DNA of 64,000 nt, taken from positions 1-64,000 of the forward strand of contig CAWDVW010000004.1 of assembly GCA_963805855.1 (NCBI GenBank), read 5' to 3'. The number at the start of each line of letters is the position of its first letter. Position 1 is the stretch's first letter. Source of the stretch: Candidatus Dadabacteria bacterium. Its GTDB lineage: Bacteria > Desulfobacterota_D > UBA1144 > Nemesobacterales > CSP1-2. Made by a program: the position numbers and the translations under genes. Shown piece by piece: positions 19,354 through 28,791 of the stretch. The notes below the pieces were generated by a model. That model was not told where the DNA came from. It saw only the letters and a list, made by a program, of their open reading frames with translations, and made no database searches.

Positions 19354-20688
19354 ATGATTAAGAACCTATTTACGCTAATTATCTTAGTCCAACTTTTGAT
19401 ATTTATAGGTTGTGACGAGGCCAATAACGTTGTTAATGATATTGTGAATGTTGGACCAAGAAAATATGTCGCAGTCGGTGATAGTCTTACCACGGGGATT
19501 CAATCAAATGGCTTGGTGATAGATTTCCAGCAGCACAGCTTTCCGTTTTTTATTGCACAGCAGCTTGGAGTTGGTGATTTCGAACAGCCTTTGATTGGTA
19601 GACCGGGCATAGGCGCAAATCCCGGGAAGACACCCTTGATGTTTAGAAATGGTGAAATTGTAGAAGACGATTTACAGGTCGAAGACATTTTTGATTTGGC
19701 AATAAATGCGCTCTTGCCGAGACCATACGACAACTTGGGGATCCCAGGCGATGCCCTTTTTGACATCGATGATAATGCAAGGATCGATGATTTGCGTTTT
19801 TTAATTTTACGAGGAATGGGATCACAGCTGGACCAGGCTATCAATTTAGATCCTGAGATCATTTCGTTCTGGATTGGAGGTAATGATGTTATAAGTGCTG
19901 CGTTACATGGGGGGGACCTAAATAGGATCACACCGAAAGAAAAATTCGATGCCGAGTATAGAGACTCATTGACAAAGTTACGAAACAACACATCTGCATC
20001 GATAGTGGTTGCTAACATTCCCGATGTTGTAGACATTCCTTTCATTAACTTTTTCGATAGGATTTTCAGAACCATTCCGGCTTTGGGGATTAACACCCCT
20101 GTCCCGGTATTGTATGATCAGAATTTTCAGCCCATCGATTTTGGGGATGGCCTGTTTATCCCAATTCTGACCAATGAGAGCGATGTGGTTCATCTATTAC
20201 TTTCGTCCCGCAGGCCATATGAAAACGATGGTATTGGGATCCCAGACCTCAATGCACTTATTGACTTGGGTTTTACAATGGACGATGCAGAGCAATTGAT
20301 GATGGAAATTCAAAATAATGGTTTAGTTCCATCTGGCATGCCCTTTAATGGTGAGTTCACATTAACATCTTCAGAACAAGATATCATTCAAAATACTGTG
20401 GAGGAGTTTAATTCATCGATCTCTGATATCGCATTCGATTCGAATGTGCCAGTGGTTGATGCTAATACGCTCCTATCAAAGATTAACAATGAAGGTATTG
20501 ATGGTTTTACTGGAGAATTCGTACTGGTCGATAATGTGAATACTGCGTTCAGTCTTGATGGGGTCCATCCAAATAATGCCGGATATGCAATAATAGCGAA
20601 TGAATTCATAAAGGTCATGAATGACTCTTTTGACATGAATATCGCACTTATAGGCACCGATCAGTTTAGAGGTCAGTATGCCAATTGA
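19354..20688 (+). CDS. SGNH/GDSL hydrolase lipoprotein
   Basis: Lipobox FIGC; GDSLT, NLGIPG, WIGGND and DGVHP blocks. Confidence 0.9.
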   Translation: MIKNLFTLIILVQLLIFIGCDEANNVVNDIVNVGPRKYVAVGDSLTTGIQSNGLVIDFQQHSFPFFIAQQLGVGDFEQPLIGRPGIGANPGKTPLMFRNGEIVEDDLQVEDIFDLAINALLPRPYDNLGIPGDALFDIDDNARIDDLRFLILRGMGSQLDQAINLDPEIISFWIGGNDVISAALHGGDLNRITPKEKFDAEYRDSLTKLRNNTSASIVVANIPDVVDIPFINFFDRIFRTIPALGINTPVPVLYDQNFQPIDFGDGLFIPILTNESDVVHLLLSSRRPYENDGIGIPDLNALIDLGFTMDDAEQLMMEIQNNGLVPSGMPFNGEFTLTSSEQDIIQNTVEEFNSSISDIAFDSNVPVVDANTLLSKINNEGIDGFTGEFVLVDNVNTAFSLDGVHPNNAGYAIIANEFIKVMNDSFDMNIALIGTDQFRGQYAN

Positions 20689-20753
20689 ATTAATTAACAT
20701 TACATATCTAAATACTCGGCGACCTTATAAACTTAATCAAAGTCTGTAGCAAC

Positions 20754-20787
20754 TGTACTGCTTCCCCTTTGTCAAGCTGGGTTTAAG
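20754..20787. mobile_element. Solo IS3-type terminal repeat
   Basis: TGTACTGCTTCCCCTTTGTCAAGCTGGGTTTAAG matches the MITE ends at 16353 and 37879; a weaker copy lies at 19157. Confidence 0.65.
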
Positions 20788-20999
20788 ATAACGGTGTTAT
20801 TCCCACACTGGCCCTGCGTGAAAATGCTCAAGCACCGCGTGAAACTCAGGTGGTGATATATAAACCCGCTTTCAACGAATTCAAACAATTGACGCTATAC
20901 TTATGTAATGTACCAGAGGGATGGGCAAGTATATATCAAATTTGTAAGGTCTGCAGAGAAAAATACACTTCAGAATATGATTAGGGGAAGAATAGAATT

Positions 21000-21181
21000 T
21001 GTCTCGTCCTGATATAACTTTACAGTTATCTAGTAAAAGTTATGAGAAAAAGGCTCAAAAAAGTATTAGAGATTCCCCTTAAGACTTACTGCTCCTACTC
21101 GGAAAGCTTTAAGATCAAGGTAGTAAAAGAGGTAGAAGCGGGGGTAATCACCAAAGAGCAGGCCCGCCGTAGATATGGCAT
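21000..21181 (+). mobile_element. Left end and truncated orfA of an IS3-family element, interrupted by a second IS
   Basis: TGTCTCGTCCTGA terminus; ATG 21042 gives ..YSESFKIKVVKEVEAGVITKEQARRRYGI (HTH). Confidence 0.65.
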
Positions 21182-21794
21182 TGGCCTGTCCCCCTATAAT
21201 AGGACCATAAGTCTAAGTTAGATTTTTGGTAAATAACCCTATATATAGGAGGTCATGCTATGGCCAGAAAGCGGTACAAACCAGAGCAGATAGTAAGGCT
21301 ACTTCGTCAGGCAGATGTACTTTCGTCACAGGGCAGGAATATATCTGAGATATGCCGGGATATCGGGGTAACAGAGAACACCTATTATCGCTGGAGAAAA
21401 GAATACGGGGGTATGTGGATGGATCAGGCAAGACGGTTGAAAGAGCTTGAGGGAGTGGATTGGTAGTTTGGGTGTTAGGACAGCATATATAGAGCCTGGG
21501 TCGCCGTGGGAGAATGGATACAATGAGAGCTTTAATGGAAAGCTTAGGGATGAGTTGCTAAACCGGGAGATCTTTTACAGTTTGAAGGAAGCACAATTAC
21601 TGATTGAGCAGTGGAGAAGACACTACAATGAAGTAAGACCTCACAGTTCACTTGGATACAGACCACCGGCTCCGCAGGTTATCGTATCCAGTAATAAAAC
21701 TAAGACACACGACGGCACATATCTTTCAACTCATTAGAGGCTGAAAATGAAAAAATCTAACTTTAAAGGTGGACCTAAATTCGGGGGCTTGACA
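21182..21794 (+). mobile_element. Internally deleted IS3-family element (613 bp)
   Basis: TG...CA imperfect IRs. orfA (MARKRYKPEQIV..YYRWRKEYGG) abuts the orfB C-terminus ([30 protein letters not shown]). Confidence 0.92.
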
Positions 21795-21923
21795 TCGCGG
21801 GCATAGTATTCGGCGTTTTGGGTCTTGCTGGTGAAAAGGGACATGGGCAGGAAAAGGACACCTAAAAACCCCCTTGTTAAATAAGAGAAAATGGGGTTTA
21901 AGGAGAACATTGCTGTGAAAACC

Positions 21924-24900
21924 ATGAAAGTCGCCATTACGCTCTCCCCACGGGACTATGACGCGGTCCTGTTCGATCTCGACGGGGTGCTGACCAGGAC
22001 GGCGCGTGTGCATGCCGCGGCCTGGAAAAAGCTGTTCGACGGTTTTCTCAAGCAGCGGGCCACCCAGGCAGGCGAGCCGTTCGTCCCCTTTGCTATCGCC
22101 ACCGACTACCCGCGCTACGTCGACGGCAAACCGCGTTACGACGGTGTGGCAGACTTTCTTGAGTCACGCGGGATCGAATTACCGTTGGGTGAATCCGAAG
22201 ACGGCCCCGACGTGCAAAGCGTGCGAGCGCTGGGCAATCTGAAGGACCGGTATTTTCTGGAACACCTGGAGCAGGACGGCGTCGAAACCTATGAAGCCGG
22301 GATCGCGCTGGTGCGTGAACTCCGGGCGCAGGAGCTCAAGACCGCCGTCGTCTCATCCAGCAACAACTGCGCGGCGGTGCTCGAGAAAGCCGGCATCGCG
22401 CAATTGTTCGAGGAGCGCGTGGACGGGAAGGACGTCACCCGCCTCAAGCTCAAGGGTAAGCCGGCTCCGGATGCTTTTCTGGAGGCGGCACGACGCGTTG
22501 GGGTAGAACCTTCGCGTGCCGTCGTGGTGGAGGACGCGGTCGCAGGCGTCGAAGCCGGGCGCGCAGGAGGCTTCGGCTGCGTCATCGGCGTCGATCGCGG
22601 CGGGCACGCGAAGGCGCTGCGCGAGGCCGGCGCCGATTTCGTCGTGACCGATATGGCGCAAGTCCGGGTAGAAGTGGAACCGGTATCCGCGTGGTCACTC
22701 GTGTTTGAGGGTTTCGACCCGGCACAAGAGGGTATCCGCGAGGCCTTGTGCACTCTGGGGAACGGCTATTTCGCTACGCGCGGCGCCGTTGCCGGGGCTG
22801 TGGCGGATGGCATTCACTATCCGGGGACCTATCTCGCCGGCGGCTACAACCGGTTGCGCACCGACCTTGCCGGTCGCGTGGTCGAGAACGAGGACCTCGT
22901 GAATTTCCCCAACTGGCTCGCGCTCGAGTTTCGTATCGACGGGGAGGACTGGTTCGAGGTTAGGGCCGCCAGGCTTCTGTCGTACCGCCAGGAACTCGAT
23001 CTGCGGCAGGGCATGCTGTTACGGAGCATCAACTTCGAGGACGGCCAGGGGCGGCGCAGTACGCTCAAGGAGCGGCGATTGGTCTCGATGGCGGACATGC
23101 ACCTGGGAGCGCTGGAATTGGCGCTGACCGCCGACAACTGGTCGGCAGGCGTCACGGTGCGTTCGACGCTCGACGGACGCATCGTCAACGCGGGCGCAAA
23201 GCTGTACCGCAAGTTCAACAACAGACACCTGGAGCCGCTGGCAGGAAAGGCAGTCGGCGAGGACAGCGTGAGCCTGCTGGTGCGCACCTGTCAGTCGAAT
23301 ATTCATGTCGCGCAGGCGGCGCGAACGCGAGCGTTCCTCGACGGACAGCCTCTCGAGGTCCGGCGCCGGACCATCGAGGAACCGGGATACATCGGGCAGG
23401 AACTTACCGTCGACGTCAAGCAAGGTAAGACATTGGTGCTGGAGAAGCTGGCCTCTTTCTATACGTCGCGCGACCACGCCATTTCAGAGTGCGGGCTGGA
23501 GGCGCGAAAGGCGATCGCGCGCGCGGGCCGCTTCGATGCCGTGATGGCGGACCATGTGCATGCCTGGAAGCACCTGTGGAGCCACTTCGAGGTGCGCATC
23601 TCGCCGGCCGATCCCGGGTTCAAGTTAAGCGTCCCAATGCTGCTTCGAATGAACATGTTTCACCTGCTCCAGGCCGTATCACACAACTCTATCGGACTCG
23701 ATATCGGCGTACCCGCGCGGGGCTGGACCGGGGAAGCGTATCAGGGCCATGTATTCTGGGACGAGCTGTTCATCTTCCCGTTTTTCAATTATCGAATGCC
23801 CGAGATCACCCGGTCGCTCCTGATCTACCGCTACCGGCGCCTGGGCGAGGCGCGTGCCGCGGCCGCAGCAGCCGGGTACAAGGGCGCGATGTTTCCCTGG
23901 CAGAGTGGAAGCGATGGCCAGGAGGAGACCCAGGCGTTTAACCTGAACCCGCGCTCGCAGCGCTGGGTGCCCGACAACTCCTATCTCCAGCGCCACGTCA
24001 ACAGCGCCATCGCCTATAACGTGTGGCAGTACTTCCAGGTCACGCACGACGTCGAGTTTCTGCATTCCTACGGCGCGGAGTTGGTCTTCGATATCGCCCG
24101 CTTCTGGTCGAGCATCGCGAGCTTCGATGACGAGCGCGGGCGCTACGAGATCCGCGGCGTGATGGGTCCCGACGAGTTTCACGACGGCTATCCGGCTGCC
24201 GCAACGCCCGGCCTCAACAACAACGCCTATACCAACATCATGGCCGTTTGGGTGCTTTGCCGGGCGCTGGAGGCGCTCAAGCTGCTGCCCGATGTGCGCC
24301 GCGAAGAGCTCACGACGCGGCTTGGCTTGTCTGCGAAGGAGCTCGCGCGTTGGGGCGATATCACGCGCCGGATGTATGTGCCGTTCCATGACGACGGGAT
24401 CATCAGCCAGTTCGAGGGCTACGAAAAATTGCATGACCTCGATTGGGAGGACTACCGGGCCCGGTACGGCAATATTCAGCGACTCGATCTCATACTCGAA
24501 GGGGAGAACGACAGCGCAAACCGCTACAAGCTTTCGAAACAGCCCGACGTCCTGATGTTGTTCTACCTGTTTTCCGCCGAGGAACTCCGCGAACTGTTCG
24601 AGCGTCTGGGCTATCCGTTCGAATACGAGACCATTCCGCGAAACATCGCCTATTATGCCGGCCGCTCGTCCCACGGGTCCACGCTCTCCCGGGTGGTGTA
24701 TGCCTGGGTCCTGGCGCGTTCCGACCGGCCGCGCGCGATGGACTTCTTCGCACAGGCGCTGCGGAGCGACGTGGGCGATGTCCAGCAGGGCACTACCGCG
24801 GAGGGCATCCACCTCGGCGCCATGGCGGGAACCGTCGATCAGGTGCAGCGCGTATCGACGGGCATCGAAGCAAGAGGCGATGTTCTGCACCTTGCTCCGG

Positions 24901-25184
24901 AATTGCCGCAGGAGATGGAGCGCCTCGACATGCGCATACGTTACCGCGGGCATTCGCTCGATCTGCGGTTGACGCGTGACTCGCTAACGGTCCGCGGCCG
25001 TGATGGCGCGGCGCCGCCGATTTCCTTATGCGTCGACGGCAAGGTCAGCGAATTCGTCAGCGGCACCACCCGTGTCTTTCGATTGAACGACGAGCCAACG
25101 GATGACGCAATTGTCAAAAAGACCCGGCCTGCGGACGCTGCGGCGTTACTGCCGGATGTCGATAACACGGGAAGGACCAAATAA
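21924..25184 (+). CDS. Beta-phosphoglucomutase-like HAD hydrolase fused to GH65 glycoside hydrolase/phosphorylase (trehalose/maltose metabolism)
   Basis: FDLDGVLT and GKPAPD..VVVEDA (HAD); TLGNGYFATRG, YQGHVFWDE, VMGPDEFH and KQPDV (GH65). Confidence 0.93.
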   Translation: MKVAITLSPRDYDAVLFDLDGVLTRTARVHAAAWKKLFDGFLKQRATQAGEPFVPFAIATDYPRYVDGKPRYDGVADFLESRGIELPLGESEDGPDVQSVRALGNLKDRYFLEHLEQDGVETYEAGIALVRELRAQELKTAVVSSSNNCAAVLEKAGIAQLFEERVDGKDVTRLKLKGKPAPDAFLEAARRVGVEPSRAVVVEDAVAGVEAGRAGGFGCVIGVDRGGHAKALREAGADFVVTDMAQVRVEVEPVSAWSLVFEGFDPAQEGIREALCTLGNGYFATRGAVAGAVADGIHYPGTYLAGGYNRLRTDLAGRVVENEDLVNFPNWLALEFRIDGEDWFEVRAARLLSYRQELDLRQGMLLRSINFEDGQGRRSTLKERRLVSMADMHLGALELALTADNWSAGVTVRSTLDGRIVNAGAKLYRKFNNRHLEPLAGKAVGEDSVSLLVRTCQSNIHVAQAARTRAFLDGQPLEVRRRTIEEPGYIGQELTVDVKQGKTLVLEKLASFYTSRDHAISECGLEARKAIARAGRFDAVMADHVHAWKHLWSHFEVRISPADPGFKLSVPMLLRMNMFHLLQAVSHNSIGLDIGVPARGWTGEAYQGHVFWDELFIFPFFNYRMPEITRSLLIYRYRRLGEARAAAAAAGYKGAMFPWQSGSDGQEETQAFNLNPRSQRWVPDNSYLQRHVNSAIAYNVWQYFQVTHDVEFLHSYGAELVFDIARFWSSIASFDDERGRYEIRGVMGPDEFHDGYPAAATPGLNNNAYTNIMAVWVLCRALEALKLLPDVRREELTTRLGLSAKELARWGDITRRMYVPFHDDGIISQFEGYEKLHDLDWEDYRARYGNIQRLDLILEGENDSANRYKLSKQPDVLMLFYLFSAEELRELFERLGYPFEYETIPRNIAYYAGRSSHGSTLSRVVYAWVLARSDRPRAMDFFAQALRSDVGDVQQGTTAEGIHLGAMAGTVDQVQRVSTGIEARGDVLHLAPELPQEMERLDMRIRYRGHSLDLRLTRDSLTVRGRDGAAPPISLCVDGKVSEFVSGTTRVFRLNDEPTDDAIVKKTRPADAAALLPDVDNTGRTK

Positions 25185-25205
25185 AAAAACAACCGGAGAT
25201 CCGCT

Positions 25206-27314
25206 ATGAAGGAACACGAAACCAAAGATAAACCCGAAACTAAGCCGGCGCAAGACGAGGTGACCGGGAAGGCACGCGTCATGCAGCAGAAGGCAGGTCA
25301 TCCGCAAGGACACGACATGCATAATTCGTCGAAGACCGAAACTAAAATGGCGCACGCCGGACCCGACCACCATGCCCACATGGCGGCGGATTTCAGGAAG
25401 CGGTTCTGGATCTCGCTGGCCCTGACACTGCCGATCCTCGTCCTCTCGCCGCTGCTCCAGAAGCTTGTGGGTCTGAGTGAAGGCATCCGTTTTTCCGGAG
25501 ATCTTTACGTCTTGTTTGGCTTTGCCTCAACGGTCTTTTGGTATGGCGGCTGGCCGTTCCTCAAAGGGCTGTTTGAGGAACTCAAATCCCGGCAGCCCGG
25601 AATGATGACGCTGGTAGCTGTCGCCATCACCACAGCCTATGTTTACAGCAGCACTGTAGTGTTCGGCCTGACCGGCAAGATGTTCTTTTGGGAACTGGCT
25701 ACCCTCGTTGACATCATGCTGCTGGGGCACTGGATCGAGATGAAGTCAGTGATGGGCGCATCAAAGGCCCTGGAGGAACTGGCCAAACTGATGCCCTCCG
25801 ACGCCCACAAACTCATGCCCGACGGCAAAGTGAAGGATGTGCCACTTGGCGAACTCGCGGTGGATGACAAAGTTCTGATCAAACCAGGTGAGAAGATTCC
25901 CGCCGACGGACTTATCGTGGAGGGCGAGAGTTCGGTCAATGAGGCGATGCTCACCGGGGAATCAACCCCGGTCAACAAGAAGACCGGCGGCAAGGTCATC
26001 GGTGGCTCCATCAACGGCGAAGGCTCGCTCACCATCGAGGTCAAAGGCACGGGCAAGGATTCGTTTCTGTCGCAGGTCATCGACCTGGTCAAGCAGGCGC
26101 AGGAAAGCAAATCAAAGACCCAGGACCTTGCCAACACCGCGGCGCTGTGGCTAACCATCGTTGCCTTGGGGGGAGGCGTGATTACCTTCTTTATCTGGCA
26201 GGTTCTCATGAGCAAGGAATTTGCCTTTGCCATCGAGCGCAGCATCACCGTCATGGTCATTACCTGTCCGCACGCCCTCGGTCTTGCCGTGCCTCTGGTG
26301 GTAGCCGTCTCCACGGCCTTGGCCGCAAAAAACGGCCTGCTCATTCGTAATCGCGTTTCTTTTGAAGGCGCCCGTAAAATGCAGGCCGTTATTTTTGACA
26401 AGACCGGTACGCTCACAGAGGGCCGCTTTGGCGTAACCGACACACTGGTACTTTCGCAGGACATCGACGAAGAAACGCTGCGCAAGTACACGGCCTCTGT
26501 GGATGCGAATTCCGAACATCCCATAGCCAGGGCTATCGCAGCTTCTTCGGAAAAGAAGCTGCCCGTCGAAAATTTTAGAAGCATCCCGGGCAAAGGCGCC
26601 GAGGGGCGGGTCGAAGGCAAAGACATCAAGGTGGTTAGCCCGGGCTTCTTGCACGAACAGAACACCGATCTCACGGACCAGCGCGTCGCGCCCCTGCAAG
26701 CCCAAGGCAAGACGGTCGTGTTTGTACTTGTTGACGGGAAGTTGAAAGGAGCGATTGCCTTGGCCGACATCGTCCGGCCAGAAGCCAAGCAAGCTATTGA
26801 TGCCCTTAAGGCGTTGAACATCCGTTGCATGATGCTTACCGGCGATAACAAAGCGACGGCCAAATGGGTCTCGGACCAAGTCGGACTGGATGAATACTTC
26901 GCCGAAGTCCTGCCCCAGGACAAAGCCGCCAAAGTGAAAGAGGTCCAATCCCGTGGCGTGTCGGTGGCCATGACTGGCGACGGCGTGAACGATGCCCCTG
27001 CGCTGGCGCAGGCTGATGTGGGCATCGCCATTGGCTCGGGCTCTGATGTGGCGGTGGAAACAGCCGACGTTATTCTGGTGCGGAGCAATCCGCTGGATGT
27101 CGTGGCCATCGTAAAGCTTTCTCGCGCCACGTATCGGAAGATGATTCAGAACCTTCTCTGGGCCACGGGCTACAACGTCGTAGCCATTCCTTTGGCCGCA
27201 GGCGCGCTGTACGTGTGGGGTGTCCTGCTCAGTCCCGCCATGGGAGCGGTGTTGATGTCAGCGAGCACGGTGATTGTGGCTATCAATGCGCGGTTGCTGA
27301 GACTGAAGAAATGA
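25206..27314 (+). CDS. copB: Copper-translocating P1B-type ATPase (CopB/P1B-3 type)
   Basis: His-rich N-terminus; TGES, CPH, DKTGT, SEHP, GDGVNDAPAL, YN and MSAS motifs. Confidence 0.92.
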   Translation: MKEHETKDKPETKPAQDEVTGKARVMQQKAGHPQGHDMHNSSKTETKMAHAGPDHHAHMAADFRKRFWISLALTLPILVLSPLLQKLVGLSEGIRFSGDLYVLFGFASTVFWYGGWPFLKGLFEELKSRQPGMMTLVAVAITTAYVYSSTVVFGLTGKMFFWELATLVDIMLLGHWIEMKSVMGASKALEELAKLMPSDAHKLMPDGKVKDVPLGELAVDDKVLIKPGEKIPADGLIVEGESSVNEAMLTGESTPVNKKTGGKVIGGSINGEGSLTIEVKGTGKDSFLSQVIDLVKQAQESKSKTQDLANTAALWLTIVALGGGVITFFIWQVLMSKEFAFAIERSITVMVITCPHALGLAVPLVVAVSTALAAKNGLLIRNRVSFEGARKMQAVIFDKTGTLTEGRFGVTDTLVLSQDIDEETLRKYTASVDANSEHPIARAIAASSEKKLPVENFRSIPGKGAEGRVEGKDIKVVSPGFLHEQNTDLTDQRVAPLQAQGKTVVFVLVDGKLKGAIALADIVRPEAKQAIDALKALNIRCMMLTGDNKATAKWVSDQVGLDEYFAEVLPQDKAAKVKEVQSRGVSVAMTGDGVNDAPALAQADVGIAIGSGSDVAVETADVILVRSNPLDVVAIVKLSRATYRKMIQNLLWATGYNVVAIPLAAGALYVWGVLLSPAMGAVLMSASTVIVAINARLLRLKK

Positions 27315-27378
27315 CCAAGCTATTGATGAGCTGCCAACAGCGCAGGCGAAACCTGAAAAAACAGGGGATGACCGGCAC

Positions 27379-28670
27379 ATGAGCAAATCAGGCGACGGCA
27401 AGATCGGGTTGTGGGCGGTGGTTGCCATCGGCGTCGGCGGGATGGTTGGAGGCGGGATTTTTGCGGTGCTGGGCTTGGCCGTGCAACTGGCGCACGGCGG
27501 CACGCCGGTGGCCTTTGCGCTGGCGGGCGTGGTGGCGCTGCTCACGACGTATTCGTACGCAAAGCTTTCGGTGGCTTATCCGAGCCGGGGGGGACGGTCA
27601 CGTTCCTGGATCGCGTTTACGGGGCGGGTATGTTGACCGGCAGCCTGAACGTGCTGCTGTGGCTGAGTTACGTCGTAATGCTGTCGCTGTATGCGTTCGC
27701 GTTCGGCAGTTACGGTGCGACGTTTTTGCCGGAGACATGGCAAGCGATCGGCAAACATGTGTTGATCAGTCTCAGTGTGATCACGATTTCCGGGTTGAAT
27801 CTGCTCAGCGCCGAGTTAATCGGCAAAGCGGAGGGCTGGATCGTGGGTTTGAAAGTGGCGATCCTGCTGTTTTTCGTCGGCGCTGGCCTTGCCGGCGTCA
27901 ACACTTCCCAAGTCGCGCCAAGCTCCTGGTCGCCGCCTCTGCAGTTGGCGGCGGGCGGGATGATCATTTTCTTGGCCTACGAAGGGTTCGAGTTGATTGC
28001 CAATACGGCGCGGGATGTGCAAGACGCGGCGCGGACGCTGCCGCGCGCGTACTACACGGCGGTCGGGTTTGTGATCGGATTGTACGTGCTGGTCGCGCTC
28101 GTCACAGTGGGCAATCTCGCGGTGGACAAGATCGTGGCGGCCGAGGATTACGCGTTGGCGGAAGCGGCTCGACCATTTCTCGGGCAGGCTGGCTTCACGC
28201 TGATCGCGGTCGCGGCGGTGTTATCCACCGCCTCCGCGATCAACGCCACGCTCTACGGCGCAGCGCGATTGAGTTACTGCATTGCGCGCGACGGCGAATT
28301 GCCGGCAATGCTGGAGCGAAAAGTGTGGGGTCAACCGATGGAAGGACTGTTGATCACCGCCGGGCTGACGCTGTTCGTGGCCAACGTATTTGACCTGACG
28401 AGCATTGCGACGCTAGGCAGCGCCGGCTTTCTTCTGATCTTCGCCGCAGTGAACGCTGCCAACGCGCAGCACGCACCTCATACCGGCAGCCGCGGCTGGA
28501 TCTCGGTGGCAGGAGCTGTCGCGTGCTTCCTTGCACTGGGGGCGTTGGTTTGGCAGACAACCATGACCGCACCCCGAAAGCTGTGGGTACTCGCGGTGAT
28601 GGTCGCGTTGGCGATGGCGATCGAAGGCGGTTACCGGCTGGCGAAACGGGAGATCCGATTGCATGAGTAA
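27379..28670 (+). CDS. APC-family amino acid permease (frameshift in G-run ~27587)
   Basis: GVGGMVGGGIFAVLG N-terminus in one frame joins the FLAYEGFELIAN body in another. Confidence 0.88.
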
Positions 28671-28773
28671 CCAACCGGCCGAGGATCAAGTTCGCGCTGT
28701 TCGAGCCGGGCTGGCCGCCGCGCCGGTTGTTGCCCGGCCGGAGACGGTTTGCCGTGTTCTTGGACTTGGCTGA
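28663..28773 (+). pseudogene. ackA: Acetate kinase gene collapsed to its termini
   Basis: ATG overlapping the upstream stop; PRIKFALFE...RRLL resembles the AckA N-terminus (SIKFALF) and TVCRVLGLG-stop the C-terminus; lies directly before xfp. Confidence 0.55.
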
Positions 28774-28791
28774 AAAAAGGAGAATTGAACC

